Of a stretch of 64,000 nt of DNA, positions 17,627 through 27,504 are shown one piece after another. Position 1 is the first letter of the stretch, and the number at the start of each line of letters is the position of its first letter. The stretch is from positions 447 to 64,446 of the forward strand of contig JALFTB010000036.1 in NCBI GenBank assembly GCA_022779465.1. The letters are read 5' to 3'. The notes under the pieces were generated by a model. The model was not told where the DNA came from. It saw only the letters and a program-made list of their open reading frames with translations, and ran no database searches. The position numbers and the translations under genes were made by a program. Source of the stretch: a bacterium (GTDB lineage Bacteria > Bacillota_I > Bacilli_A > RF39 > UBA660).

Positions 17627-19021
17627 ATGAAGATTATTAATAAGATATTAGATGATTATAAAGATACTCCGGATTTAATAACCAGAAAGATTAGATATAA
17701 TTTTTCTTATGTTTATCTTTTTTATATTGAAACTATTTGTAGTAGTGACAGGGTTAATACTTTTATTTTAGATAATATAACTAATCCAGTACATAAAAAA
17801 AGTTTAAAAAATATTTTGGCTGCTCCTAATATAAAGGTAATTAATAGTGATGAGATTGAATTTTATATTTATAGTGGTTTTACGATATTAATTTATCTTA
17901 ATAAAATATATGCTTTAGAAACTAGAGCTGACTTAGATCGTTCGATTTCTTTTCCGGAGATTGAGCAAGATTTATATGGTGCTAAAGATAGTTTAGTAGA
18001 AAATTATCAAAAGAATGTTGGTTTGATTAAGAGAAGAATTAAATCTAAACATTTAAAAACTTTAGAATATAAATTAGGCAGATTTTCTAAATCTAGTACT
18101 GGTTTATTATATATTGATAATATAGCAAGAAAAGAAATTGTTGATAGAGTTGATAGTATTCTTAAAAATATTGATGTTGATTCAATTATTGATTCTGGTG
18201 AGTTAAAGCATTATTTGATTAAAGAAGATAAAAGTTTTTTTCCTTCTGTTAAGTTAACAGAAAGACCAGATGTTATTGTTAATGCCCTTTTAGAAGGTAA
18301 AATTGTGGTTGTAATGGATACTTCTCCTTTTGCAATTGTTTTACCGGCGGTTTTAGCAGATTTTATAAATCCAATATCTGATTCTTATTTAGTTAGTTAT
18401 AATGCCAATATTTTAAAGTTTTTAAGACTTATTTGTTTTTTTATAACTATTCTTACTCCGGCTATTTATGTAGCGATGGTTAATTATAATCAAGAAACTA
18501 TTCCATCTAATTTGTTAACATCTTTTATAACGCAAAAACAAGGTGTCCCCTTTCCAGCTGCCATTGAAGCGTTTTTTATGCTTTTTATTTGTGAGATGTT
18601 AAGAGAAAGTGATATTAGATTTCCCAATAATTATAGTTCATCTATTTCAATATTGGGGGCTTTAATTTTAGGAGATGCTGCTGTTTCAGCTAATATAGTT
18701 AGTCCAATAACAATTATTGTAATATCGCTTACATTTATATCCAGTATGATTTTTAGTAATGTTGAATTAAGTGGAGCAATTAGAATTTGGCGATTTATTT
18801 GTTTGGCAATAGCTTCGTTTTGGGGATTATTTGGAGTTGCGATTGGATTTATATTTTTAATCGTTGATTTATGTTCGTATAATTCATTTAATTTAGATTA
18901 TACGTTTCCAGTGGCACCTTTTGATTTTGCATATTTAAAGGATACTTTAATAAAAGTTAAAAAGAAAAATGATAATAAAAGAAGTAAATATTTAACTGAT
19001 AACATTAGAAAGCAAAGATAA
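17627..19021 (+). CDS. Spore germination receptor subunit A (GerA family)
   Basis: ...LTERPDVIVNALLEGKIVVVMDTSPFAIVLPAVLADF... plus C-terminal TM helices. Confidence 0.88.
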   Translation: MKIINKILDDYKDTPDLITRKIRYNFSYVYLFYIETICSSDRVNTFILDNITNPVHKKSLKNILAAPNIKVINSDEIEFYIYSGFTILIYLNKIYALETRADLDRSISFPEIEQDLYGAKDSLVENYQKNVGLIKRRIKSKHLKTLEYKLGRFSKSSTGLLYIDNIARKEIVDRVDSILKNIDVDSIIDSGELKHYLIKEDKSFFPSVKLTERPDVIVNALLEGKIVVVMDTSPFAIVLPAVLADFINPISDSYLVSYNANILKFLRLICFFITILTPAIYVAMVNYNQETIPSNLLTSFITQKQGVPFPAAIEAFFMLFICEMLRESDIRFPNNYSSSISILGALILGDAAVSANIVSPITIIVISLTFISSMIFSNVELSGAIRIWRFICLAIASFWGLFGVAIGFIFLIVDLCSYNSFNLDYTFPVAPFDFAYLKDTLIKVKKKNDNKRSKYLTDNIRKQR

Positions 19022-19023
19022 TT

Positions 19024-20082
19024 ATGAAGAAGATTTTTATTATATTATGTTGTTTATTACTTAGTGGTTGTTATAACTATATTGAATTAGATGAACTGGC
19101 GGTTGTAACAATGATTGCAATTGATTATAAAGACGATGATTACATTATTACATTAGAGATTAGGGAAAATATTAAAGATGAAGATAACAAATCTCTTATA
19201 TATAAAGGTAAAGGTAAATCTTTAGATTCAGCTATTCAAAATACTTCTTTTGGAATGAATAAAATATTATATTTTGTAGATTTAGAAATGCTGGTTTTAA
19301 GTCAGGATGCAATTAATAATAAATTAGATAGTATTATTGATTATTTAACACGAGATAATAATGTTGGTGTTAATTTCAAGACTTTAGTTGATGATAATAT
19401 CGATGAAACTATTTTAAATATTAAGAAAAAAGATAAAATTGTCGGACAATATATTAAGCAAATGATTGAAAGTTATTTTAATAATATTGTTAATGTTAAA
19501 TATTATGACTTTTTAGAAAGTTATTTAAGTGACATGAAAGATTTGATTTTGCCTTATGGTGTTATTCAAGATGGTGCTTATATTATTAATCAAGCGGTAA
19601 TATTTAACGGAAATAAGATTGTGGAAAAATTAGATTTTAATAAGTCTAATATATATAATTTATTAAACAAAACTGAAGCTTTATACTTATTTAATAATGA
19701 ATATCATAATCATCAGGTTGTTTTTAAAGCATTTGATTATAAAGTTAAGTTTGATTATAAAAATAATAAAATTTTTATTAAATTAAATATTAATGGGAAT
19801 TTGGATGAGATTGAAAGTATCGATTTAAAAAATGAAAAAAATGTGCAGAATTTAATTAAAATTATTAAGTTAAATATTAAAGATGATTGTGATGAATTTG
19901 TTAGATTAATTAAGGAAAAAGATGCGGATGTATTAGGGTTTAAAAAAGTTATATATAATAAAACTAAGAAGAAAATAGAAAGTATTAAAGATTTAAATTA
20001 TGATATTGATGTAAATGTTACTTTAGATCGTAAGGGGTTAATATTTGAATCTATAGGAGATGTTCATGAAAAAAATAAATAA
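19024..20082 (+). CDS. Spore germination receptor subunit C lipoprotein (Ger(x)C family)
   Basis: Lipobox LLSGC. Size and position are typical of Ger(x)C. Confidence 0.8.
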   Translation: MKKIFIILCCLLLSGCYNYIELDELAVVTMIAIDYKDDDYIITLEIRENIKDEDNKSLIYKGKGKSLDSAIQNTSFGMNKILYFVDLEMLVLSQDAINNKLDSIIDYLTRDNNVGVNFKTLVDDNIDETILNIKKKDKIVGQYIKQMIESYFNNIVNVKYYDFLESYLSDMKDLILPYGVIQDGAYIINQAVIFNGNKIVEKLDFNKSNIYNLLNKTEALYLFNNEYHNHQVVFKAFDYKVKFDYKNNKIFIKLNINGNLDEIESIDLKNEKNVQNLIKIIKLNIKDDCDEFVRLIKEKDADVLGFKKVIYNKTKKKIESIKDLNYDIDVNVTLDRKGLIFESIGDVHEKNK

Positions 20083-21025
20083 TTTAGAATATCAATGTTT
20101 AGCTTATTTGTTAGCTTTTCCCCTCTTTATGGGAATTGGAATTTCAAAAATGATTAGAGATGTTGGTTCTGATGTATGGATATCGATGATTATTGGAACT
20201 ATTTTAGGATTATTTATTATCTTCTTGTTTAAAAAATTACCTAATAAGAGTAATAAGTATTGTTCTTTAATTATTAATACAATATTTTTATTACTTGGTA
20301 CTCTGATTTTTAATAAGTTAGTTGGTTCTATTTATTTGTCTAAGACTCCTAATTTGATTATTATGATTCCTGGGTATGCTCTACTTATATATACTGTTTA
20401 TAAAGGTAAAGAAGCATTGTTTAAGACATCTAGTATTCTTATTATTGTGTTTATGTTATTATTTTTGGTCGCAGCTTTAGTACTTATTCCTTCGATAAAT
20501 ATTGATTATTTTTTACCAATTAAAACTAATAGTTTTAGTAAGATAATTTTATCTGGAGTAGATATGGCTTTGTTAAGTACGACTCCTTTGGTTTTACTTC
20601 CAAATGCTAAAGAGAAACTTAATTATAAGAATTATTTATTAGCTAGTGTGACTATTTATATAATTATTATTTGTACATTAGGTAATTTGGGTGTAGATAT
20701 TGCTAAAATATATAGATATCCAGAATATATGGTATTTAAAAAGATTTCTTTACTTAAATCGATTGAAAATATTGAGAATATATTATTTATGATTTGGATT
20801 ATTACAATATATAATATAACTTCATTAGCTAGTATTAATATAAAAGAAGATTTTAATTATTATGTACTATTTGGTGTATATGGCATTGTGGTATTTGTGG
20901 CTGCTAAATATTTAATTAATAGTTATAAGACAACTACTTTCTTACTTAATTATTTTACTTATATACTTCTTAGTATTGTAGTTATTTATATAATTGGTAA
21001 GGTATTAAAAAAAGTGCTTAAATAG
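20066..21025 (+). CDS. Spore germination receptor subunit B (GerAB-type permease)
   Basis: About 10-TM protein in the receptor operon. ATG 20066 behind SD GGAG. Confidence 0.8.
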   Translation: MKKINNLEYQCLAYLLAFPLFMGIGISKMIRDVGSDVWISMIIGTILGLFIIFLFKKLPNKSNKYCSLIINTIFLLLGTLIFNKLVGSIYLSKTPNLIIMIPGYALLIYTVYKGKEALFKTSSILIIVFMLLFLVAALVLIPSINIDYFLPIKTNSFSKIILSGVDMALLSTTPLVLLPNAKEKLNYKNYLLASVTIYIIIICTLGNLGVDIAKIYRYPEYMVFKKISLLKSIENIENILFMIWIITIYNITSLASINIKEDFNYYVLFGVYGIVVFVAAKYLINSYKTTTFLLNYFTYILLSIVVIYIIGKVLKKVLK

Positions 21026-21036
21026 CACTTTTTTAG
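21005..21036. terminator. Bidirectional terminator (ger operon / spoVA)
   Basis: AAGTGCT-TAAAT-AGCACTT flanked by A/T runs. Confidence 0.6.
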
Positions 21037-21383
21037 TCTTTTAATTTAGTAAATATCATTATTATGAAGGAAAATACGATTGCAGAAACAATTCCTAAAG
21101 AAACACCTTGAAGCATTCCCGAAAATAATCCAATTAGGCCTTCTTTTAAATAGCCTATGTAGGAGTTTTTAACTAATGTATTACCAAATGATGTGATTGG
21201 TAAGGTGGCTCCCATTCCGACTTGTTTAACTATTTTATCGTATATTCCGAATGCTCCTAAAACGGATCCTATAACAACAAATATACTTGTTAAATGTCCT
21301 GGAGTTAATTTAGTATTATCTAAAATTATTTGACCTAGTAAACAAATGAATCCACAAAATAAGAAGGAATATAATAATGTCAT
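21033..21383 (-). CDS. spoVAE: Stage V sporulation protein AE (SpoVAEb-type)
   Basis: 116-aa membrane protein (GQIILDNTKLTPGH...) at the end of the spoVAC-AD-AE set. Confidence 0.85.
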   Translation of the reverse strand: MTLLYSFLFCGFICLLGQIILDNTKLTPGHLTSIFVVIGSVLGAFGIYDKIVKQVGMGATLPITSFGNTLVKNSYIGYLKEGLIGLFSGMLQGVSLGIVSAIVFSFIIMIFTKLKD

Positions 21384-22330
21384 TTTATCACCTCGATTGT
21401 TAAGGCATGAGTTATTGAAGGTAATGTATTATGTTGATTAACTATAATGCTTGAATGAAGTGACCCAGTGGCTAATAATAATATTTTTTTATATTTTTTA
21501 TTATAAATAATATTGTTAAATAACACTAATGGTAAAACGGTTGGCCCACTTGCTCCTGAATATTCCTTATTTGAATACATAATAGTTCCAGCATCTTTAT
21601 AGTTTTTTAATTTTATATTTTTTTCTTTTAATAATTCGATGAAAATATCGGCTCCTACTTTACCTAAATCTCCAGTTAAAATTAAATCATAATCTGATGG
21701 AGATGTTTTAGTTAATTCGAGATGTCTTAGGAATGTATCTACAGTGCTTGGGGCCATTACTGCACCCATATTATAAACATCTGTTACTTGAGAATCTATA
21801 ACATTACCTATAGTTCCATTTATTAATTTAATATTAGATTTTTTTTTACTTAGAGATAGACCGATGCAACCAGTTGTCGTGAAGGTACTTCTTTCTGGTT
21901 TTGGTATTCCATATTCAACAGGAAATCTAAATTGCTTTTCAGCAGTTAAATTATGTGAACTAGTAATAAATAAACCTTCTTTTATTTTTTTAGAGTCAAT
22001 AAATGTACCTAAAGTTATAAGTGCTCCGATACTAGAAGCACATGCTGAATATATTCCTAGATAAGGTAATTTCTTGTTTCTAAGAGCCATGTTGGTTGTA
22101 GATAATTGATTTATTAAATCACTTCCTAAAACTATATCAGGTTTAGATACTTTACATAAATAATTTATTATTATGTCTTGCATTTTTATTTCAGCTTTTT
22201 CAATGGTTTTTTCTCCATAATAATAATCATTCATGACTAAATCAACATTTTTTAAATTATTCGAATTTGCTTCTAAGGGTCCGATAATACTAAACCAATT
22301 ATTTATATATACATTTTTAAAATCAAACAT
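21380..22330 (-). CDS. spoVAD: Stage V sporulation protein AD
   Basis: 316-aa thiolase-fold-like SpoVAD, overlapping both neighbours. Confidence 0.88.
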   Translation of the reverse strand: MFDFKNVYINNWFSIIGPLEANSNNLKNVDLVMNDYYYGEKTIEKAEIKMQDIIINYLCKVSKPDIVLGSDLINQLSTTNMALRNKKLPYLGIYSACASSIGALITLGTFIDSKKIKEGLFITSSHNLTAEKQFRFPVEYGIPKPERSTFTTTGCIGLSLSKKKSNIKLINGTIGNVIDSQVTDVYNMGAVMAPSTVDTFLRHLELTKTSPSDYDLILTGDLGKVGADIFIELLKEKNIKLKNYKDAGTIMYSNKEYSGASGPTVLPLVLFNNIIYNKKYKKILLLATGSLHSSIIVNQHNTLPSITHALTIEVIK

Positions 22331-22763
22331 TAAATATCACCTTTACTAAAGCCATTACGAAGGCGCTTATGATACCGTAAGCTAATACGCTTCCAGCTAA
22401 TTTAAAATAATTTGAACCGATGCCGGTAATCATTCCATCATGTTTATAATCTAAGATACTTGCCATTATAGAATGAGCAAATCCGGTTATAGGAACAATG
22501 ATTCCCGATTTATATTTAGAAACTAAATTATCGAAAAATCCTAGACCAGTTAATAAACAAGCAATAAATATGGTAATTAATAAAACATAATTAGTAGCCA
22601 TATCTTTAGATAAATCACAATATGTCATTAAAATTATTTTAATTCCTTCACCTAAAAAACCAATTGTTCCTCCCATTAGGAAAGCACGTGTGTAATCTAC
22701 TTTTTTATTGGGTTTAGGAGTTAGTTTTTTTACTAACCTTAAATATTCTTTTTTATTTTTCAT
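22323..22763 (-). CDS. spoVAC: Stage V sporulation protein AC
   Basis: 146-aa, 4-TM SpoVAC-like protein. Confidence 0.85.
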   Translation of the reverse strand: MKNKKEYLRLVKKLTPKPNKKVDYTRAFLMGGTIGFLGEGIKIILMTYCDLSKDMATNYVLLITIFIACLLTGLGFFDNLVSKYKSGIIVPITGFAHSIMASILDYKHDGMITGIGSNYFKLAGSVLAYGIISAFVMALVKVIFNV

Positions 22764-22790
22764 AATATCACTAGTTTTAGTATAGACATT

Positions 22791-23444
22791 TTATGCAGCA
22801 ATATACTCTTTTATCTTTTGTTTTCCTTTAGTTTCTAATCTAGATACTTTTACTTGACTAATACCTAATACTTTAGCAGTTTCTGTTTGAGTTAAATCAT
22901 TAAAATATCTTATTTTAATAACGTCTTGTTCAAGAGGTTCTAAATTATTTAGAGAATCATCTATTAATATTTGACTATCGATATCTTCTTCTTGACCTAT
23001 ACAATCTTTAATGGCAACGGAATCACCATTTAATGTTTGATATTCTTCTTCAATACTTAACATTTGACTTGTTAAAATAATTACTTCAGAAATCATATCT
23101 TCAGGAATATTGGTATCTAAACTTATTTCAGTTAAACTTGGTTTTCTACCTAATAGTTCATATAATTTTGTTTCTGATGCTTTAATTCTTTTATATGCAT
23201 TTAAATAAGCTTTATTAAGCTGAATATCTCTACTTTTATTAGCTAACTCATGCATTTCCCCAAAGATATGCATATAAGCATAATTTATAAAGCTACTCCC
23301 CTTTTCAGCTTCATATTTGCGATATGCTTTAATTAAACCAATACATCCTGCTTGATATAAATCTGATAATTCTACATTATAAAATTTTTTTGCTATTTTA
23401 AATATTAGTGCTTCATATTTTTGAATCAGCTCTGTTTCATCCAT
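22791..23444 (-). CDS. sigF: Sporulation sigma factor, SigF-like (group 3 sigma-70)
   Basis: Regions 2-4 present; LGISQVKVSRLETKGKQKI matches the SigF/G/B-type region 4.2. Context is STAS upstream and spoVA downstream. 217 aa, so the N-terminus is short. Confidence 0.7.
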   Translation of the reverse strand: MDETELIQKYEALIFKIAKKFYNVELSDLYQAGCIGLIKAYRKYEAEKGSSFINYAYMHIFGEMHELANKSRDIQLNKAYLNAYKRIKASETKLYELLGRKPSLTEISLDTNIPEDMISEVIILTSQMLSIEEEYQTLNGDSVAIKDCIGQEEDIDSQILIDDSLNNLEPLEQDVIKIRYFNDLTQTETAKVLGISQVKVSRLETKGKQKIKEYIAA

Positions 23445-23454
23445 TTTTTATCAC

Positions 23455-23772
23455 CTAAATTGTTATATATTTTAATGCTTTTAATTCATTTTCAATCATT
23501 TTATATGGTTTATCAAAAGATACTTTACTATTACAAATTAATCCAGTACCTTGATTTTGTTTAGCATAAAAAATTACTTCTTTTATACTTTCTTTTCCAT
23601 AACCATCAATTGATTTTAAATACGCTAAGTTGAAAACAATATATTTTATTCCATTATCTTTAATGATAGGAATAAGATAATCTTTCATACTTTGATAAGT
23701 TAATTGGTTTAAATTACCTTTTAATCTTATAAACAAAATACCTTTGCGAAATTCTAAATTAATTTTTAACAT
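23455..23772 (-). CDS. spoIIAA: STAS-domain anti-anti-sigma-like protein (SpoIIAA-like), Gly at the phospho-Ser position
   Basis: 105 aa from ATG 23772 (SD GGGAG). NLAYLKSIDGYG aligns to B. subtilis NLEDLSFMDSSG. The gene stops 10 nt before sigF. Confidence 0.6.
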   Translation of the reverse strand: MLKINLEFRKGILFIRLKGNLNQLTYQSMKDYLIPIIKDNGIKYIVFNLAYLKSIDGYGKESIKEVIFYAKQNQGTGLICNSKVSFDKPYKMIENELKALKYITI

Positions 23773-23824
23773 TATTTCTCCCTTCATTCATAATATAAGT
23801 AGATTATGATTAATTTTAAACAAG

Positions 23825-23831
23825 TTCGACA
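23825..23831 (-). promoter_or_regulatory. Perfect Spo0A box (TGTCGAA) upstream of the STAS-sigF operon
   Basis: Minus strand reads TTTTGTCGAACTTGTTTAAA-17nt-TATATT. The box abuts a putative -35. Confidence 0.45.
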
Positions 23832-23834
23832 AAA

Positions 23835-25043
23835 CTAGATTTTATTTTTGCGTATAAAAATGTAAAGAATGATTAAAATAGGAATTAACAATAAGTATAT
23901 ATAGGATATATGTTTTTCTTTAGGTTGATCTTGAATGATATTTTTAGTTGTAGTTATTACTTCTTTGGTTGTTGATGGTATATAATTATTCTTTTTAGTT
24001 GTAGGTTGTTTATTAACTACTTTAACTATGTTTTTTGAATTATTTTCTTCTTTAGGTTTATTTATTTTTTTATAGAACGTATCGTGTTTGTATTTTAATA
24101 TTATAAAATCTTCTTTATTTATTACTTCTATTTCATTTAATGGAATGTTAGTATTTAAGATTATATTTTCATTACTAGTTACATCATCTTTTATTTCAAT
24201 ATAATAACGTTCGTAATATGTATAATACTTTTTATAGTCATTTAAATCATGGATACAATTAGGTAATGGTTTTTCGGTATAATTACTTAAATATACTTTT
24301 ACAGGTTCATATAATCGATATAATTTTTCAGTGACTATAGAATAAGAAATATTATTATTTAAATTAGAAGAATTAAGATTATTTAATAGTTCTTGATATT
24401 TATTTTGATTTAAAAAATTAAGATTTAGATTACCATTATAATTAGTATTTATTTGAATTATGTCAGGTTCGATATTCCAAGCATAATTTAATTCGTTATA
24501 AATACCTAGATTAAATGTTATTTTATTTGTTTTATTATCTTTAAAGGTTAAATTTATTGATAATGATTCTAGATTAATTAATTCATCTAATTCAACAACA
24601 AATGCTGTGTTAGAATCTAACTTATTACCAATTATGTAGTTAGTTTGAACATAGTTAAATTTTATTTCTTCATTATTCTTAAAGAATTTAATAGATTCTA
24701 AAATATTATTATTAAAGTTATCAAATCTAATATATTTAACTTTAATATTTTTTTGAATGACATTAGATATATAGTTATTATTTTCATTAATAATATAACT
24801 TGCTTTTTCAATATAATCATTTAAATCATAGTTATCATTAACTTCATCTAGTTTATGATAGCCAAGATCAATTCTATCTATATAATAATTATTGTATTTT
24901 ATTATTTCAGTTCTTTTAAGATACTCAGTTTCCTCTTTATATTCTTTAATATTTGATTCTTTTAGATAATAATCTGTTAATAATATTTCTGCATTAATTT
25001 TAATGGGAATTAATAATAACATGATTAATAAATATTTTTTCAT
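23835..25043 (-). CDS. Hypothetical Asn-rich secreted protein with C-terminal membrane anchor (402 aa)
   Basis: Sec signal MKKYLLIMLLLIPIKINA and a C-terminal TM segment YIYLLLIPILIILYIFI followed by RKNKI. Confidence 0.6.
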   Translation of the reverse strand: MKKYLLIMLLLIPIKINAEILLTDYYLKESNIKEYKEETEYLKRTEIIKYNNYYIDRIDLGYHKLDEVNDNYDLNDYIEKASYIINENNNYISNVIQKNIKVKYIRFDNFNNNILESIKFFKNNEEIKFNYVQTNYIIGNKLDSNTAFVVELDELINLESLSINLTFKDNKTNKITFNLGIYNELNYAWNIEPDIIQINTNYNGNLNLNFLNQNKYQELLNNLNSSNLNNNISYSIVTEKLYRLYEPVKVYLSNYTEKPLPNCIHDLNDYKKYYTYYERYYIEIKDDVTSNENIILNTNIPLNEIEVINKEDFIILKYKHDTFYKKINKPKEENNSKNIVKVVNKQPTTKKNNYIPSTTKEVITTTKNIIQDQPKEKHISYIYLLLIPILIILYIFIRKNKI

Positions 25044-25310
25044 TTTACCCTCCTACTTGTTATGTTGTATATTAAAGAGAAAATTCCTTTTTAATTTTTA
25101 TTATTGTGGAAAAGTGTTACTTTTTTGTGGATATATAGAATTATTTAGTAATTTTTATATTTTAAAACTTTAATTTTGAGAAAACTTATTAAACTGTAAA
25201 AAATTAGTAAAATTTCTAGAGATAATTAACACAATTAAAAAACTGTGGAAAAAACGGATAAAGTATGTTATAATTACGACAATGCTTGAAAGAGCAATAA
25301 GGAGGAAATT

Positions 25311-25655
25311 ATGAATTTATTAACAATCGCTGCTTTATTCTCATTTGCTCAAACTCAAAATACAACTGTTGTAGATAAAGTCCAAAATCATACAGAGATG
25401 ATTGAACAAAGAGTTGCAGAAGGAAAAAAATATTTAGAAGATCATTTTACTGAAGGTAAAGAATATTTCGAAGATCATATGGAAGATGGAAAAGAATATT
25501 TAGAAGATAATGCTGAAAAAGGTGTTGAAAATTTAGACAAAATTATGGATGATGTTGAAGATGAAGTTAATCATGAAACTCATACAGGAATAGGTTCTAC
25601 TATTAACAAAATTTATAAATCAGTAAAAAATAAAATATTAAGTTGGTTTAAATAA
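25311..25655 (+). CDS. Small acidic protein with 11-residue repeats (114 aa)
   Basis: SD AGGAGG. Repeats are EGKKYLEDHFT / EGKEYFEDHME / DGKEYLEDNAE / KGVENLDKIMD. Has its own terminator. Confidence 0.65.
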   Translation: MNLLTIAALFSFAQTQNTTVVDKVQNHTEMIEQRVAEGKKYLEDHFTEGKEYFEDHMEDGKEYLEDNAEKGVENLDKIMDDVEDEVNHETHTGIGSTINKIYKSVKNKILSWFK

Positions 25656-25657
25656 TT

Positions 25658-25684
25658 AGTAACATTTTTGTTACTTTTTATTTT
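25658..25684 (+). terminator. Terminator of the repeat-protein gene
   Basis: AGTAACA-TTTT-TGTTACT followed by TTTTTATTTT. Confidence 0.6.
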
Positions 25685-25790
25685 GAATTAAAATGATTAA
25701 AAATATTGAACTTGAATTTTTTTTTAAAATATATTATAATTAGTTAGCCAAAAGAACTTTAATTTAATTATTTTTTAAGGAGGAATTTAA

Positions 25791-27458
25791 ATGAAAAGTG
25801 AAGATGTTACTAGTGTTTTTGCGTTAGGTGGACTTGGTGAAGTCGGTAAAAACATGTATGTTATTGAACATAAAGATGAAATTATTATTATTGATGCAGG
25901 AGTTATGTTTCCTGAAGATGAATTATTAGGTATAGATTATGTTATTCAAGATGTTACTTATTTAAAACAACATCAAGATAAGATTAAAGCATTATTTATT
26001 ACCCATGGTCATGAGGATCATATTGGAGGTATTACATTTTTATTACAAAATATTAATATTCCAGTTATTTACGCTTCTAAAATTGCTTGTGATTTAATTC
26101 AAAAGAAATTTGTGGATAGAAATATTGGATATAATAATTTAGTAGAATTTGATAAAGATAGTCATTTTAAATATAAATATTTTGAAGTATCTTTTGTTGG
26201 AACTACTCACTCTATTCCAGGTAGTTATGCAATTGTAATTAAGACTCCAAATGGAACTATATTTGAAACTGGAGATTTTAAATTTGACTTAACACCAATT
26301 GGACCAATGGCAGAAATTCATAAGATGGCAGCTTTAGGTCAAAATGGAGTTAAATTACTTTTAAGTGATAGTACCAATGCTTGTTCTCCAGGTTACTCTA
26401 ATAGTGAAAGTTTAGTTGATGAAGCTTTATCTGATGTATTTGCAAGACATACTTCAAGAATTATTATTGCAACATTTGCTTCTAATATTTATAGAATTAA
26501 GCATATAGTAGAAACTTGTCGTAAGAATAATCGTAAGATAGTTACTTTTGGTCGTTCAATGGAAAATGCTAAAGAAATAGCAATTAAAAATAATTTAATT
26601 ACTGATAAAACTATCTTTATTGAACCTAATGAAGCTAAAGATTTAAAGAAAAATGAAATTTGTATTTTATGTACTGGTTCTCAAGGTGAACCTTTAGCTG
26701 CTTTGTCTAGAATTGCAAATGGTACTCATAAACAAATTACTTTATTACCTGATGATATTGTTGTATTTTCTTCTAGTCCTATTCCTGGTAATAAGGCATC
26801 TATAAATAGAATTATTAATAAGTTATATTTAAAGGGTGTAAAAGTTTATACTAATTCACAATTATCTGATATTCATACTTCTGGACATGCTAAACAAGAA
26901 GAATTAAAATGGATGCTTAGAATTATTAAGCCTGAATATTTTATGCCTGTTCACGGTGAATATAGAATGCTTAAAACTCATGCTGACTTAGCAGTTGATT
27001 GTGATATTCCTAAAGAAAATATCTTTATTTGTAAAAATGGTGATACTGTTGAATTAACTAAAGATGGAGCTAGAATTGGTAAAAGAGTTCATTCTGGTGA
27101 TGTTTATGTTGATGGTTCAAGAATTGGTGATATTGGTTCAATTGTTATTAAAGATCGTCAATTAATGAGTCATGATGGAATATTAGTTACAATTATTAAT
27201 ATTAATCCTAATACAAGAGAATTATTAATTAAACCTAATATTACAACAAGAGGATTTGTTTTGGTTAATGAGAATGCTGAACTTATTAATAAAATTGAAG
27301 AAAAGGTATCTGATATAGTTTCTAAGTCTTTAAAGACTGGTTATAATTATATTGATTTAAAGAATCAAATTATTTTAGAGTTAAGTCCATTTATAAATGA
27401 TCTTACTGGTAGAAGACCAATTATATTACCGGTAATTATGGAAGTTAAGGATAATTAA
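25791..27458 (+). CDS. rnj: Ribonuclease J
   Basis: 555 aa; metallo-beta-lactamase motif HGHEDHIGG; beta-CASP architecture. Confidence 0.95.
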   Translation: MKSEDVTSVFALGGLGEVGKNMYVIEHKDEIIIIDAGVMFPEDELLGIDYVIQDVTYLKQHQDKIKALFITHGHEDHIGGITFLLQNINIPVIYASKIACDLIQKKFVDRNIGYNNLVEFDKDSHFKYKYFEVSFVGTTHSIPGSYAIVIKTPNGTIFETGDFKFDLTPIGPMAEIHKMAALGQNGVKLLLSDSTNACSPGYSNSESLVDEALSDVFARHTSRIIIATFASNIYRIKHIVETCRKNNRKIVTFGRSMENAKEIAIKNNLITDKTIFIEPNEAKDLKKNEICILCTGSQGEPLAALSRIANGTHKQITLLPDDIVVFSSSPIPGNKASINRIINKLYLKGVKVYTNSQLSDIHTSGHAKQEELKWMLRIIKPEYFMPVHGEYRMLKTHADLAVDCDIPKENIFICKNGDTVELTKDGARIGKRVHSGDVYVDGSRIGDIGSIVIKDRQLMSHDGILVTIININPNTRELLIKPNITTRGFVLVNENAELINKIEEKVSDIVSKSLKTGYNYIDLKNQIILELSPFINDLTGRRPIILPVIMEVKDN

Positions 27459-27468
27459 CATAAATTTT

Positions 27469-27504
27469 AACTTATCATATTATATAGTATGATAAGTTTT
27501 TTTT
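27469..27504 (+). terminator. Strong rnj terminator that contains the ATG of the next gene
   Basis: Perfect 11-bp stem AACTTATCATA (27469-27479) / TATGATAAGTT (27488-27498) followed by T6. Confidence 0.7.
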
